Assembly: GCA_036785375.1 (NCBI GenBank)
Contig: JAWMAR010000289.1
Coordinates: 2,604,001-2,668,000 of the forward strand
From: Leucoraja ocellata
Taxonomy: Eukaryota
Direction of reading: 5' to 3'
Length of the DNA: 64,000 nt
In this document: piece by piece, positions 26,091 through 37,956 of the stretch
How the letters are laid out: each line of letters starts with the position of its first letter
Position numbering within the stretch: position 1 is the first letter of the stretch
The notes under the pieces: model-generated
What the model was told of the DNA's origin: nothing
The model's database searches: none
Seen by the model: only the letters and a program-made list of their open reading frames with translations
Made by a program: the position numbers and the translations under genes

Positions 26091-26876
26091 CCTCTCCTGG
26101 ACTGTGGAGGAGAGGCTTGTGTACTCCAGTGATCCTGAGAGCTAGGCCGGATGGGGTTTCATAACTCTGGCAGGTTCAACCAATCCTGACAGGTCTCAGG
26201 TGAGGAGGCAGACGAAGCAGTCCCTGGTCCTCCAGGTTGGGGGTTGGGCGTGGGGTTAACTACCCCACCCTGGAAAAAAGTGTGAGTTACAGAAACTTCG
26301 ACAAATAAAAACCAAATTACACACTTGGTTGAAGAAGATGCCCCAGCGATGGGGAACATGACGCTTCCCAGCCAAACCAGCAAGGGCGCTGGGAAGCTGA
26401 CACACCTTCTGACGGCAAAGAAATCCATCCTTGTGTGGACATGGAGCATCCGAACCATGGTCCAGGCTGGCAAGGCTGCCACAATTGCCAACTAAATGGT
26501 GCGCTACCATCTCTTAGTCCTAGGCTTGGCTGAAACAAGATGGACACAGTCAGGGGAGATCAAATTGGTCAGCGGGCAGTTCATTCTCTACTCTGGACAG
26601 GAAGAGGAGGGAGCGAAGAAAATGGAGTTGGATTGGACACACCCTCAGGAAACCTGCCACAAACATCACCCGGCAAGCCCTGAAATGGAACCTCCAAGGA
26701 AAAAGGAAAAGTGGTTGCCCCAGGAACAGCTGGTGAAGAGGTGTCCAGGCAGAAATGTCCGAGAGTGGGCTCAACTGGGGAGTTCTCAAAATAACTGCTG
26801 ACAACCGAGTGAGGTGGGGAACATTTGTCAAAGGCCTATGCTCCCTAGAGGTGCAAAGGGCTTAAGAAGAAGAAGA
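26091..26876 (+). mobile_element. Internally deleted (bipartite) RTE-clade non-LTR element with both ends intact
   Basis: 12-bp TSD GGATGGTTGTTG at 26079-26090 and 26877-26888. APE endonuclease start (GTWSIRTM...LGLAETRW...ILYSG) is fused at ~26614 to the RT C-terminus ([10 protein letters not shown]...RQALKWN). (AGA)n tail. Confidence 0.9.
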
Positions 26877-29499
26877 GGATGGTTGTTGGCTGGTGCGAGG
26901 TGCGATGGGGTCCAAGGAAAACCCCAGTGATGGGCAAGCACATATTTTAAAGGGGTGTGGTTCTTAGTGCTGGCCAGTGCCTTGAACCTGGTCAAACTGA
27001 TCCTCTTTAGGTTTTGCTGAATCATAGGATCATGATCTGCTTCTGCCCGAGTGACCTGTGCCAACGCTAATGAATTTTGTGCATGAATGTAAATACATGT
27101 TGAATATTGCAGGATATCACTGTGTCCCCAACCACTGGATGAGGCCATTTGTTTGGAGGATCAAGAAACTATTTGACAAAGCTCACAAAGCCTGCAATTT
27201 GCATTTAATTGCTCAGCTATCAATTTGCCAATGAAGTTTTCTTGTGCATTGCACATTTCATCACTCCCGTGGGTGATATAATCACCATGTCAGTCTCTAC
27301 TCATCCTAAAACAGTTTGAAAAACTGTGAATACCTTTTACAAAAGCACCTATTACAAGAGAGTATGCAGCCGCTTTCCTTTGGAATTCCATAGCATTCCC
27401 ATCTCCAAACTCTCTCTCAGCTAACATTTATTACCAGTTCATCGACCATTAACACTATAGAGGTGGACCAACTGTCTACATCTCGTAGAGCAAAGAGCAA
27501 GACTAGACGCTTTCACTCTCCAGCAAATGGCTCACTGCCCACTCCCCAAAGTCCTTCCACTATCTTAAAGGCATATTAAGCAGACATATAAACATCATTG
27601 GATTTAAAGCGGCAATTAACAATGAGATCAATCAGTTCTACTAAAAAGATCAAAGGTGTTAAATGGGAACAATCATTTGTATCAACCAGGGAACATGTGT
27701 TATTTTGTATTTCCAGGTTACTTGTGTAGAGTTTCAGTTCTCAGCATGATCAATGATTGGATGATTAAACAATGATTATGGCTAATATTGCACCTCTCTT
27801 AATTACATTCAAGATCACTTGGACACTGACACAGTTAAAGTCTTCATACACCAGAAGTAGTTTCAGAAAGCAGCTTTTTAAAAATCGATACGACTTTAAA
27901 AATAGTACTCTTATGTATTTATAGTTGTAACTTGGTGCTGTAAGTGGGGTTATCACAAGAAAAGTGAGCATTTTTAATATATTTGTCCAGTCTATTAAGT
28001 GCAATTTGCTTAATTTTAATTGTCATAGAAAAACATAAACAACTATAAGGAATCATTTCATAGTTACAGATGTGCACCAATCAGTTTTTCAGCTTTTTCT
28101 TCAAAATTATAGTCAAAACTGTTAATGCCTGTTATTTACCTAATGTACCCATTAAACTGATTCATGTTCAGAGTCTCCTCGAAGGCCAGCAAGCGCCAAC
28201 AATTAATGGAAACGTGCAATGATGATTAAATTGATTTGCCAATGTGGACAACTTTGGGGCGGGATTAGCTTCAAGAATAAAGTGTACTAGATTGGAATTA
28301 AAAAAATGCAGAAACTTGATCTCCACTGAACATAACTTGTGCTTAAAGTTTCACATTTGTTTACACGGGCTGGGATCAAATTGCACAAATAATCAATGCA
28401 GATAAATGGAAATTCAAGGCCTATATGTTTCCCTGCCAAAAGTTTCACTTTCTCGTTTTTCGTTTGATCAGATCTCACTGGTTCACTGATTTATACCTCA
28501 TTTCACTTAAGACACAGCTTTTGTTTAACCCTTGAGGAGCAATAAGTCTGGATTCACATTTACTATTGTGTATCATCTCTGGATATTGAATGATCTAATA
28601 AAACTTCAATTCTTCAGTGACCTTGTTTTGTACCAAATATTTCCACTTAATTCCCAAAGGTACAGACTTGGTGAAGTATGGATTCATTTGTGTTGATAGA
28701 CCTCCACTTTGTTGGGTAATGGCCAGCAAAAGGAACTATGAATGAATTTCTCTAATGTAATTCAAGAAAATTGTAGCCTTAGTGGTTAAGATCTACTAAC
28801 CTACAGACTGCGGATTTAATGGGACATTTTATATTTTTAGAACTCCAGTTTGGCCACTGGGGAGACTAAACATTTTTTCTTTAAATCATATTAGAGTTTT
28901 TTAAATACCTTTCCACAAAACCTAACTGTGCTTCGTCAGTGTACATTAAGAACAGGGGATCGAGATCTTAGGTGAAAGGAGGATTAGATTTTGATGTAAT
29001 TATCTTCCAGGGAAATAGTCTGGTTCCTCCTGCATGAATAATGGCCACTCAGGGAAGATTTAAAAGCAGAGGTGTAAGAGAAGAAATATATCTATTTTCT
29101 TTTGAAACAAAGCAATGAAGCATATGAATACTATTTCAAGTTTATCCCAAATGCAAAGATGTCCCATTTGGAATCCACCCATTTAAATGTGTCAAATAGA
29201 TCTGTCATAAGAGGGAAACTGATCTATTTAATTAAGCCCATTTGTTTTTCAGATGGCCTCTCTCAGTAGACTCTGTATATTAGATTCACACATTCTAACA
29301 TTTAGAAGCCAAGGGAAGAGAATATCAACCATGAAGTTTATATTTTCTTTTTGGAGGGATAGGAGAGCATTAAGTTGAGACGGGACAAAGTTCTTGCAAT
29401 GTGAAATGATGAGCAAAACACACACCTGGGAATGTTTGCCTTTGGTTGACCCCAAGGCAATTCTGGTCAGCCTCCACTACAACATCAATGACTTGAAGT

Positions 29500-30095
29500 C
29501 ACAGGAAGCTGAGCTTGCTTGAATCCTGAGCAAAAAGCAACTGTTGGAGAAACTCAGCAAGTCAGGCAGCATCTGCGGAGGGAATGGACCACACCGCTGA
29601 CCGGAACGCGCCCTGGTAGGCCTGACTTGCCCCACAGGCCTCCCCGCGACTGAGGAGAAGCTGGGCAGTGAGGACTGTCTGGGCCAAAGGTGCCTCGGCA
29701 GTGGCAGTGGCAGCATCAGCGGCAGCGTTAGCCTCGTCGTAAGCGGCGGTGGGGCCTTGGTGGCAGCGTGAGCCTCGGTGGCAGGTGGGGCCTCGGCAGC
29801 AGCGGGCCCCAGTGGCAGTGGGAGCCTCGGTGACGGTGGGGCCACGCGATCTACCCGCGATCAGCAGTCGATGAGAGTGAGGGGGGGAGGGGAAGACAAT
29901 TGGGACCCGGCGTGGGGAGATAAGGCTAGAAAAGTTGTGAAATGTAAAGCCAGAGGGAGGTGATATAGGTGGAAGGGAACTGGGGGAAGCAAAAAGGGGC
30001 AGAGGAAAAATTACAAATATGGATTTAGGGATGGGAAATGAATACGGAGGAGGGTAGAGGAGCAGGGTACTGAACTGGCCGGTGGGATGCGGTAG
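29500..30095 (-). mobile_element. Penelope 3' fragment interrupted by a GC-rich 18-bp minisatellite
   Basis: GGAGAAACTCAGCAAGTCAGGCAGCATCTG at ~29547-29576. Purine-rich 3' UTR-like sequence at 29870-30095. Confidence 0.55.
29690..29843. repeat. 18-bp GC-rich minisatellite (GGTGGGGCCTCGGTGGCA)
   Basis: At least 5 degenerate tandem units. Confidence 0.75.
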
Positions 30096-30884
30096 GTAGA
30101 GCATTCTCTCGTCACCTTGACCAACCCTGACCGCAATTCATCATAACAAAATATAACACATTAACATGCTTTCTCTGTCATATGTATTCATGGGGTAATC
30201 TGTTGTGCAAGGTGTTTATAAGGGTTATTTGCGGAACAGAAAGAGCAGATTCGGTTGTTACATGTAAAATACTTTGGGATGTTTCTGAAGGGCTTGATTA
30301 GGTATTATCCAAATTAATCTCTTCCTTCTGCCATTAATATATACCCTCTCTTAAATACGATTATTCCAAAAAGACTAATTTTACAAATGTTTTCCCAAAA
30401 ATAACATTGGACTGGAACAGAAAATGTGTCTAAATTGAGTTTGGGAGTGTACTTTGGCTTTTAGTAATTATGTTTGCATTAGTTCATTTCAATAAACAAA
30501 CATCTAAAGATATATATGGGCCACTTTGCCCTTTGACGTGTCCTGCCCACTTCAAATAGCTTTCATAAGAGACATTACGGAAGAATTCCTTTGATTTCAC
30601 ATTATAATTGGGCAACATCTAAAAGCAGCATAGCTTCTACCTGCCGTATACTTAGTAAAAGGAATGTGCATTACCCAGTAAAGCCTTGCTTTGTGAAATC
30701 TGGCTGGATTCCTTGTTGTGAATGGAACATAATTAACCTTCTTAAGTTGAGAGGTTTTTTTTCACTGCTTTCCTGTAAGATTTACATATAATTTATAAAA
30801 CTATTTTATTTTATGAATTCAAGACCTTTTGCAAAAGACTGAGTACTGGAGCAAAACAGGCAAATTTACCAGAGCACATGTTAC

Positions 30885-31175
30885 CAGAGCACATACTCCA
30901 CTTCTTAAAGTGGTGTTAACTTTCAGATAAGGCATTAAGCTGAACCTTCATCTAAATCTTGTAAGCGGGCATAAAAAAATTCTCAACACTATTTTGAAGA
31001 AAATCATTTAACAGTGCAAAAACAGATATTTGGCAAATATCACATTGTTATATGTGGGACCTTACCATATGTAAATTGACTGCATCAGTGACCACATTTC
31101 AGAAGTAATTTGCTGATCATAATTGGGAACACAATGCTAGTGTTGGGAAGAGCACTATAAAATTGCAAGTTTTTC
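30885..31175 (+). mobile_element. Ancient Deu-domain (SacSINE1-like) SINE remnant
   Basis: Resembles the recalled consensus (CACTATTTTGAAGAA...ATCACATTG...TGTGGGACCTT...CACTATA.AATTGCAAGT). Highly diverged. Confidence 0.55.
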
Positions 31176-32489
31176 TCTTGCTATTAGACATGCGAGGACC
31201 AATTCCCTCGTGATATTCACATGCACATGTTACAATAACATTGTGTTTTTTGACGTGCATTGTTGAAATCAGGACCCAATGAATATGTTAGTAACTGGGC
31301 CGTACCGTCCAATGTTCATTTCACGTTTTGTGGAGTTAGCTGACATCTGCTGGAGCAACAAGAAGGACACTATATTTGACCTTCATTTTTGGAACGGGAA
31401 GGATGCAACGTGCCCAAAACAAACTCTTTTATTTATTATTGTATTTATCAAACTACTGACACCTCCAGTGACATGGTTTTATGCTATCATTGTGCGTATC
31501 CAGCCTCTAACAAGACCCTAGCCAGTATTTATCAACCCTTCCAGGCCCATCTGCAACTATCTAAACTACTCCTGCAGTTACCAAACTCCTGAAGTGCTAC
31601 AGTATTCCAGGCTATCACTCTGACATGATCTGATCCAAGTTAACATTGCATTAACCAAACACGAGCGTGCTGCCACAGTGTTCTATGCTATCACTGCATT
31701 TACCAAACCAAGTCAAGGCTTGTAATAAGCTAACACTTGAAACACTTATTTGGAATTAGATTGGTTTCCGTCTGTGCATGTGGGTTCCACTGCTGGTGCA
31801 ATTATCATTTTTTAAACTTTTGACTTGCATGAGTTCACGAATTATGATGATCAACTTCTTGACACGCATGTTTGAACACATCAGTAAGATGTCGAGACTG
31901 ACTTCCCACTGTAATGCCAATAGTGAGCTCCACATGGTGTAGTTAGTTGAAAGCTTTCACATATATCTAGCCCTACCTTGAGCTAGCAAAGTAAAGTAAA
32001 TCATTACACACGTCCTTACAAGACCACAGAATTGATGCACAGAAGGAGGCCACTCACTCCATTGTCCTCATACCTGCCCTTTGCAAGAGCTTTATAATTA
32101 GTCCTATTGTTATTCATTATTATGGCTATGGGAGGTACGATGTCAATCATGTTACCACATGCATGAGATGACAAATTACTTGTAAGTCACACTGCAACAA
32201 CTTCATTGTTCTTGGACCATTGATTTAAATTAAGTGAAGCAGGAGTAACCTCCAGCCCCAGCATATCAGAGATTTATAATTTGACATGCATGGCAAATCC
32301 CATTTTCACTCTGATATCAAAAATCATTCTGTTAAAATAACACTTGGCTTATTCACGATTCTTGAAATGCTACGATTCAATTAAATGCAGGGAAATGTCA
32401 GGGCTGTGAACTTAGACTTAATTAAAATCAGAGTCTTTTAATCCCTACACTCCCCCAGCTCTTCCCAGTTTGATGTACTATAATATTAA

Positions 32490-32590
32490 GCAACAAACAA
32501 TCTGCTGAAGGGAACCCAGCAGGTCAGGCAGCATCTGTGGAGGGAAATTAACAGTTGGTGCTTCGGATCAAGACCCTTCATCAGGACTGA
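32490..32590 (-). mobile_element. Older Penelope-terminus repeat with CTGATGA-type core
   Basis: Minus strand: CAGTC-CTGATGA-A-GGGTCTTGATCC-GAAG-CACC-AACTG. Confidence 0.7.
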
Positions 32591-32979
32591 AAGAGTGGGG
32601 GCAATCCAACGTCTGGAGTCCCCTGAATATTTACTGACATAATATTAAACCCGCCATCCTTTATGAGTCCTCGGATCAGACAGGCAGCACACGTATCTTT
32701 TAAGTGCCTTGCAAAATAAATTACTTAGGAGAGATCTGGCCTTTCATCCTGAATTACAGACACCGACCGGTGAGGGCACAATGATTTGCTAAGATTTTGT
32801 TTTGAAAGAAAGAAGGACCTTCAAGGGTAATACTTCATCTTACATTTCAGCTGTGAGAACAAACATCTTTCAGGGCCAATGAACAGCAAACTCACTTTGT
32901 ACCTTCAACTCACAGACATCAGCTTGTTAATAACCTGGCAGCTGTCAACATTTTCCTTTGAAAATCATCAGTTCTGATA

Positions 32980-33340
32980 AGAAAGAAATTTATACAGAAC
33001 TTTCAACAACCTCAGGACATCAAAAATGCATTAATGCTAATTAAGCCCTGTTGCGGTGTAGTTACTCAGCAGGGCAGCTACAAACAACAGTGTACTACAC
33101 GACCACACCATTTACTTTACCAGCTTTGCTCACAGTCAGGTCAGGAGGGAAACACTCCTGCTCTGTCTCGTAATGCTGCAAAACTTTTAACATCCATCTG
33201 TAAGGGTGGTTGAATCCCTTACCATTTCATTAGAAGGACAGGGCAATAAACACTCCTCTTTGCACTGGACATGTGCCTGGATATTGGTCTCAAACATCAG
33301 GAACGTTGCAGTCTATGGACTGCTAGCAATGAAACATGAC
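32980..33340 (-). mobile_element. Ancient Deu-domain (SacSINE1-like) SINE remnant
   Basis: ACAACCTCAGGACATC...CTCCTGCTCT...TTTTAACATCCA...TGCACTG. Confidence 0.5.
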
Positions 33341-33936
33341 TAAAACCTGACGATGATAATATTGTTTGTGCTGGCCCTGCACCCAAAAATAAGGGGCATT
33401 AACTCAGGCCTTTTTAGAACTAACCCACACCCACAAAGAGTAAACGTGTTTCCAGGGAAAGATTACTGTTGCTATTGCTCCCACCATTGATTACCATATT
33501 TACAATGTGAGCAGGACCAACAAAAGTTGGTAGTCTCCATACTGACTTCATCAACTACCTCACAACCCATTCAGCAGGAGTAGAAGCAGCTCATCCTCCT
33601 CCCCAAGGGAATGCCTAGAAAGGAAAGAGACTTGGACAAGGAATTGCATTAGATATCCCCACTCCTGCTGAAGAACAGCTATTGTTGCAAAGACACCATA
33701 TGCCTGGAAAATCAATCCATGCCTGATACTTTGTGATTTGGACAAGATGCTGGAGGGGGCTTTCAACATTTGGGGGAAGTGGGAATTGGAATAATCTGTC
33801 AATTTCCATCAGATTGGTCCATCTTTTAAGTTTTGTGGACAATTTTTCCATCAATTACTGCTTTGAACTTCAAACTGAGGCAGCAGTTTCATATTTACAG
33901 CACCTTTTATGTGAAAAAGTGCTTTCTTATTTTGAA

Positions 33937-34043
33937 GGTAGACAAAAATGCTGGAGAAACTCAGCGGTGAGGCAGCATCTATGGAGCGAAGGAATAGGTG
34001 ACGTTTCGGGTCGAGACCCTTCTTCAGACTGAAGAAGGGTCTT
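33937..34043 (-). mobile_element. Young Penelope-terminus repeat with short terminal inversion
   Basis: 14-bp inverted repeat at 34014-34027 / 34029-34042. Imperfect flanking direct repeat CTTTCT(T/G)ATTTTGA at 33922-33935 and 34045-34058. Confidence 0.85.
34000..34027 (-). ncRNA. Minimal hammerhead-ribozyme core, best-preserved copy
   Basis: Minus strand reads CTGAAGA-A-GGGTC-TC-GACCC-GAAA-CGTC. Stem I pairing is only about 2 bp. Confidence 0.6.
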
Positions 34044-34611
34044 CCTTTCTGATTTTGAGGTTAATTCCCTCCCTCATTATGGAAATATTATGATGACTAA
34101 ATGACTGCAGCACTAAATATATAATATAAGCCGAGTCTTTTTGTATTTATAATCATTAATGCCAGCAGGTACTTAATCATTACTAATAGCTGTAAAGGTG
34201 ATATAACACCACCTACATATGAAATATGTCATGGAAAATGTTGACAGTGCCTCTGATTACCACTTTAACAGTGTAATTTTGGGGAGGAGGCTGGTGGCTG
34301 GTGATATTTCATCAGACAGGGTCTCCCATTGTTGTCATCCATTCACAAAGTGTTGTCAAGAATCGCTCACTCTTTCCTTGTTGACGCAGCAATTCTTGAT
34401 AATACTTGGAAAATCGCCGACAAGAATGGGACCCTGACTATCCACATTTCCTACCGTACTATAGTGATCAGCCACCAGACCACTATGCAAAATGACACTG
34501 TTAATGTGGTAACAAAACTGTGGTGATACTTCATTTGGTGAAAACCCCAAGTAAAATCAGCCTCTACAAAAGCCAATTGGTTAGTTAATGGCAGAGAGGT
34601 TCAAGCAGGCA

Positions 34612-34872
34612 GAGTTTTCACACAGAGAGTGGTGAATCTCTGGAACTCTCTGCCACAGAGGGTAGTTGAGGCCAGTTCATTGGCTATATTTAAGAGGGAG
34701 TTAGATGTGGCCCTTGTGGCTAAGGGGATCAGGGGGTATGGAGAGAAGGCAGGTACGGGATACTGAGTTGGATGATCAGCCATGATCATATTGAATGGCG
34801 GTGCAGGCTCGAAGGGCAGAATGGCCTACTCCTGCACCTAATTTCTATGTTTCTATGTTTCTATGACTCTAT
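34612..34872 (+). mobile_element. CR1 LINE 3' end (young)
   Basis: Near-identical to 63720-63958; (TTTCTATG)n tail. Confidence 0.92.
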
Positions 34873-36016
34873 GCTTTACCTGCCATAGGCCATCCCCAGT
34901 GCTCTACACCTATTGCAGTACATTTTTGCTGCAGTGTGATCACTATAGTATGGTAGGAAATGCAGCAACCAATATCTCACAGCTCCCACAAACAACAGTG
35001 TGATAATGATTAAGGAAGATGATGGGAAATAGGTGCAAAAAAGTGGCATAGTTGCCCATTTTTCACATTGACAAAATGGATCAACATGTCAATATGAACA
35101 ATAGAGGTCCTGTTTATTTTTTGACATTGCTTCCTAACATTATGCCTTCTGTGGCACAGGCAGGTAGGGTTAACCACAATATCCAGCAACTGATGCAGGT
35201 GGAAATAATTGACTCAGACTTTCAAGAAATAAGTCTTTCAAGAGCTAAGTCTCATAATGGTGGTGCTGAGCTTGTCTCAATAAGATACAATGCTACCAAC
35301 AGCAGCTTCTATTGTAGCTTCTGGTCTCTAATAAAACCAAATACCACACGTTATAGGGGGAGTGAAAAGAACAAGATGCATATGCTAGTTATTAAAGTGT
35401 GTGCTAATCACCCCTTCTCTCTGAATGCCAGCCAATATCCATTTCCTCCAATCCCTACAGCATATTAGAACACAGGTAATCCGCTTGTTAAAGCCACTTT
35501 AAGGTTTTAAGTACACCTGGAATGTGACTTCAGGGGCTGTACTTATCCAAGAGATTTGCATGGCTTGAGGCTGTGCACGCACACAGTTTCTAACATAGTC
35601 AGTGATAATATAGAGCCAATATATAGCCAATGTAGTCAGTGATAATAGATAGAACCAATTCAAATCAAAGTTTTATGCTGGATTCCCAGTCACACGTCAT
35701 GTTGGTAATTCAGTGGCAGAGTGGGCGAGGATCATTGTATTATCATCAGTCTCTAGAAGCAGCATGAACAGTGGGATGGGGGAAGCTATTCTGATCATCT
35801 GCAGCTTCCTCGCCTGACTGGATATTATTCGGTGGTAGCTTTGACCACAATTAGTGCTAGACTCTTCCACCACAGGGAATCAAAGGGGAATCGATTCCAT
35901 TTACACTCTGATGTTTATCAAAGCTACACTTCCACCAGGGATTCCACCTGAATGTCAGTCAGGGCTGGGAAAGCTGCACAAGTTTCCTCTCTCTAACGCC
36001 AGCACCTTTACCACCA

Positions 36017-36137
36017 TGTGTGGGAAGGAAATGCAGACACTGGTTTATATCGAAGATAGACACAAAATGCTGGAGCAACTCAGTGGGTCAGGCAGCATCT
36101 CTGGAGAAAAGTAATAGTTGACGTTTTGGGTCAGACT
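36017..36137 (-). mobile_element. Penelope-terminus repeat
   Basis: GAAGATAGACACAAAATGCTGGAGCAACTCAGTGGGTCAGGCAGCATC. Confidence 0.8.
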
Positions 36138-36734
36138 CACCATTCTTCCCTTACCATCTTCATGGTTTGCTTGGTCAGTAGGGATCAGCAGAAGCCCATG
36201 GCATCAGAGGACTGATCAATTAATTCTCAAGTGCTTGTACACATTACTTGTGCAAAGGGTCACATTTAAACAAGACAGATTCCGTTGGGTTTCATGGTCA
36301 ATATCTAATTTAGCAACGGTTCGTGTGCTGCACTCCTCACTGTCAAATTTGAGGTTAAATTTGAGAGGTTAAATTTATACCCCAGCCCATTGCAGATCAC
36401 ATTTCTTTAAGTCAGACTATCCAAATGGAGCTTAAGAGCACAGTATTAATACCGATTTAATTCACTTCGTGCATTGGCCATTATTACAGAATCCATCTGA
36501 GCCATTCAGTGAAATGTTGTCCAAGGAGGAAGAGATTATAACAGCTAATCATAGATTCAAAGCAGGTGTGGTTACCATGAATCTCCAGTTTTTACACTTC
36601 AACATTACTTGCAGTTATCAAGTTGCAAACCATTAACAGATGAAATCTTTATTGCTGTAATGCAAGCAAAGTTTCCATGCATAGCACAGAAACAATGCTG
36701 TCTTCTGTACAGACATGCAGCACACGATTAGTAT

Positions 36735-37230
36735 AAACAACAAAGTGCTGGAGTAACTAAGCGGGTCAGGCAGCATCTCTAGAGCACATGGATAGATGAC
36801 ATTTTGGGTTGGGACTCCACAGACTGATTGGAGTAAGGAGGAGACAGTTGAGAAATTGTAAGGCTCTGACAATGGAGAAGGCTAAGGACAGAAAGGTCAG
36901 TATGGGAATGGGAAGGGGAGTTAAAATGATTAGCAACTGGGAGTTCTAGCAGTCCTTAACAGACAAATTGCAGGTGTTCAGCAAAATGGTCGTCTAGTCT
37001 ACATATGAACCTTTATCTCACCTGGAAGAGCTACTGGGATCCCCAGTGAGAGAGGAGGTATTAGACAGGTGTTACATCTCCTGCGGTTACAGGGGAAAGT
37101 GCCTAGGGAGGAGGTGTGGTGGCTGGGAAGGGATGAACAAACCAAGGTTGTTGAGAGAGTGGGCCCTACAGAAAGCAGAAAAGGGATAGGGACGGGATTA
37201 TGTGACTGGCGATGGGATCACGTTGAAGGT
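36735..37230 (-). mobile_element. Decayed Penelope 3' fragment
   Basis: Terminal repeat followed by sequence resembling the reverse complement of 50860-51400 (CAGGGGAAAGTGCC...GGGAAGG). Confidence 0.7.
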
Positions 37231-37801
37231 GACAATAATATTGTAGGTGTTGAAGGAGATGGAAACATCAGAAGAAACTTAATGTAAGCTTCATGATGCA
37301 TATTAATACTGATGCACGTGATGCAGGAGCCATTCTCCATTGTCAAACTTGACTGTTCACATTTCTCACATATATCTATATATTTAAGATATGAATCAAA
37401 CAGATTCTTTGATTATTATTCAGCTATGTGGTAGGAAAGAACCCAAAAATACCATTACATCAAGGCCAGCTTATAATATTAACTCTAAAACCTGACCTGC
37501 AACTTTTTTGTAAAATGTACATATATTAATGTATACAAATCAATCTTGCCACATGTTGTTATGCAAAAGTTGATAAAATGATTGTAACAAGAAGTGAAGG
37601 CTGGTGCAAAAGGGATGCCTGGCAATGTAATCATTTGGCTGATGTGGGAAACTCTGGTTCTGTTTTAAAGCAACGTTAATTGGAATACATCTGCACAATC
37701 AACAGTGAGAAAAAATGGTTGGTGGCTCTGGGATCAACTTGACTTCTTTAACTATCATCTGAACAACATCTAAACAACGTACACATTAACATGAACTCCA
37801 A

Positions 37802-37956
37802 GAGAGACACAAAAAGGTTGAGTAACTCAACGGGTCAAGCAGCATCTCTGGAGAAAAGGAATTCCTTCTCGCCAGAGATGCTGCCTGACCTGCTGAGTTA
37901 CTCCAGCCTTTTGTGTCTGTCTTCGGTTCAAACCAGCAACTGCAGCTTCTCCCTAC
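37802..37956. mobile_element. Palindromic Penelope-terminus derivative with 13-bp TSD, core deleted at the centre
   Basis: ACATGAACTCCAA at 37789-37801 and 37957-37969. Inverted arms meet at AAGGAATTCCTT. Confidence 0.87.

Noticed and set aside
35596-35658. Local duplication TAGTCAGTGATAATA with three CCAAT motifs
   Set aside because: Most simply a small slippage duplication. No promoter context.
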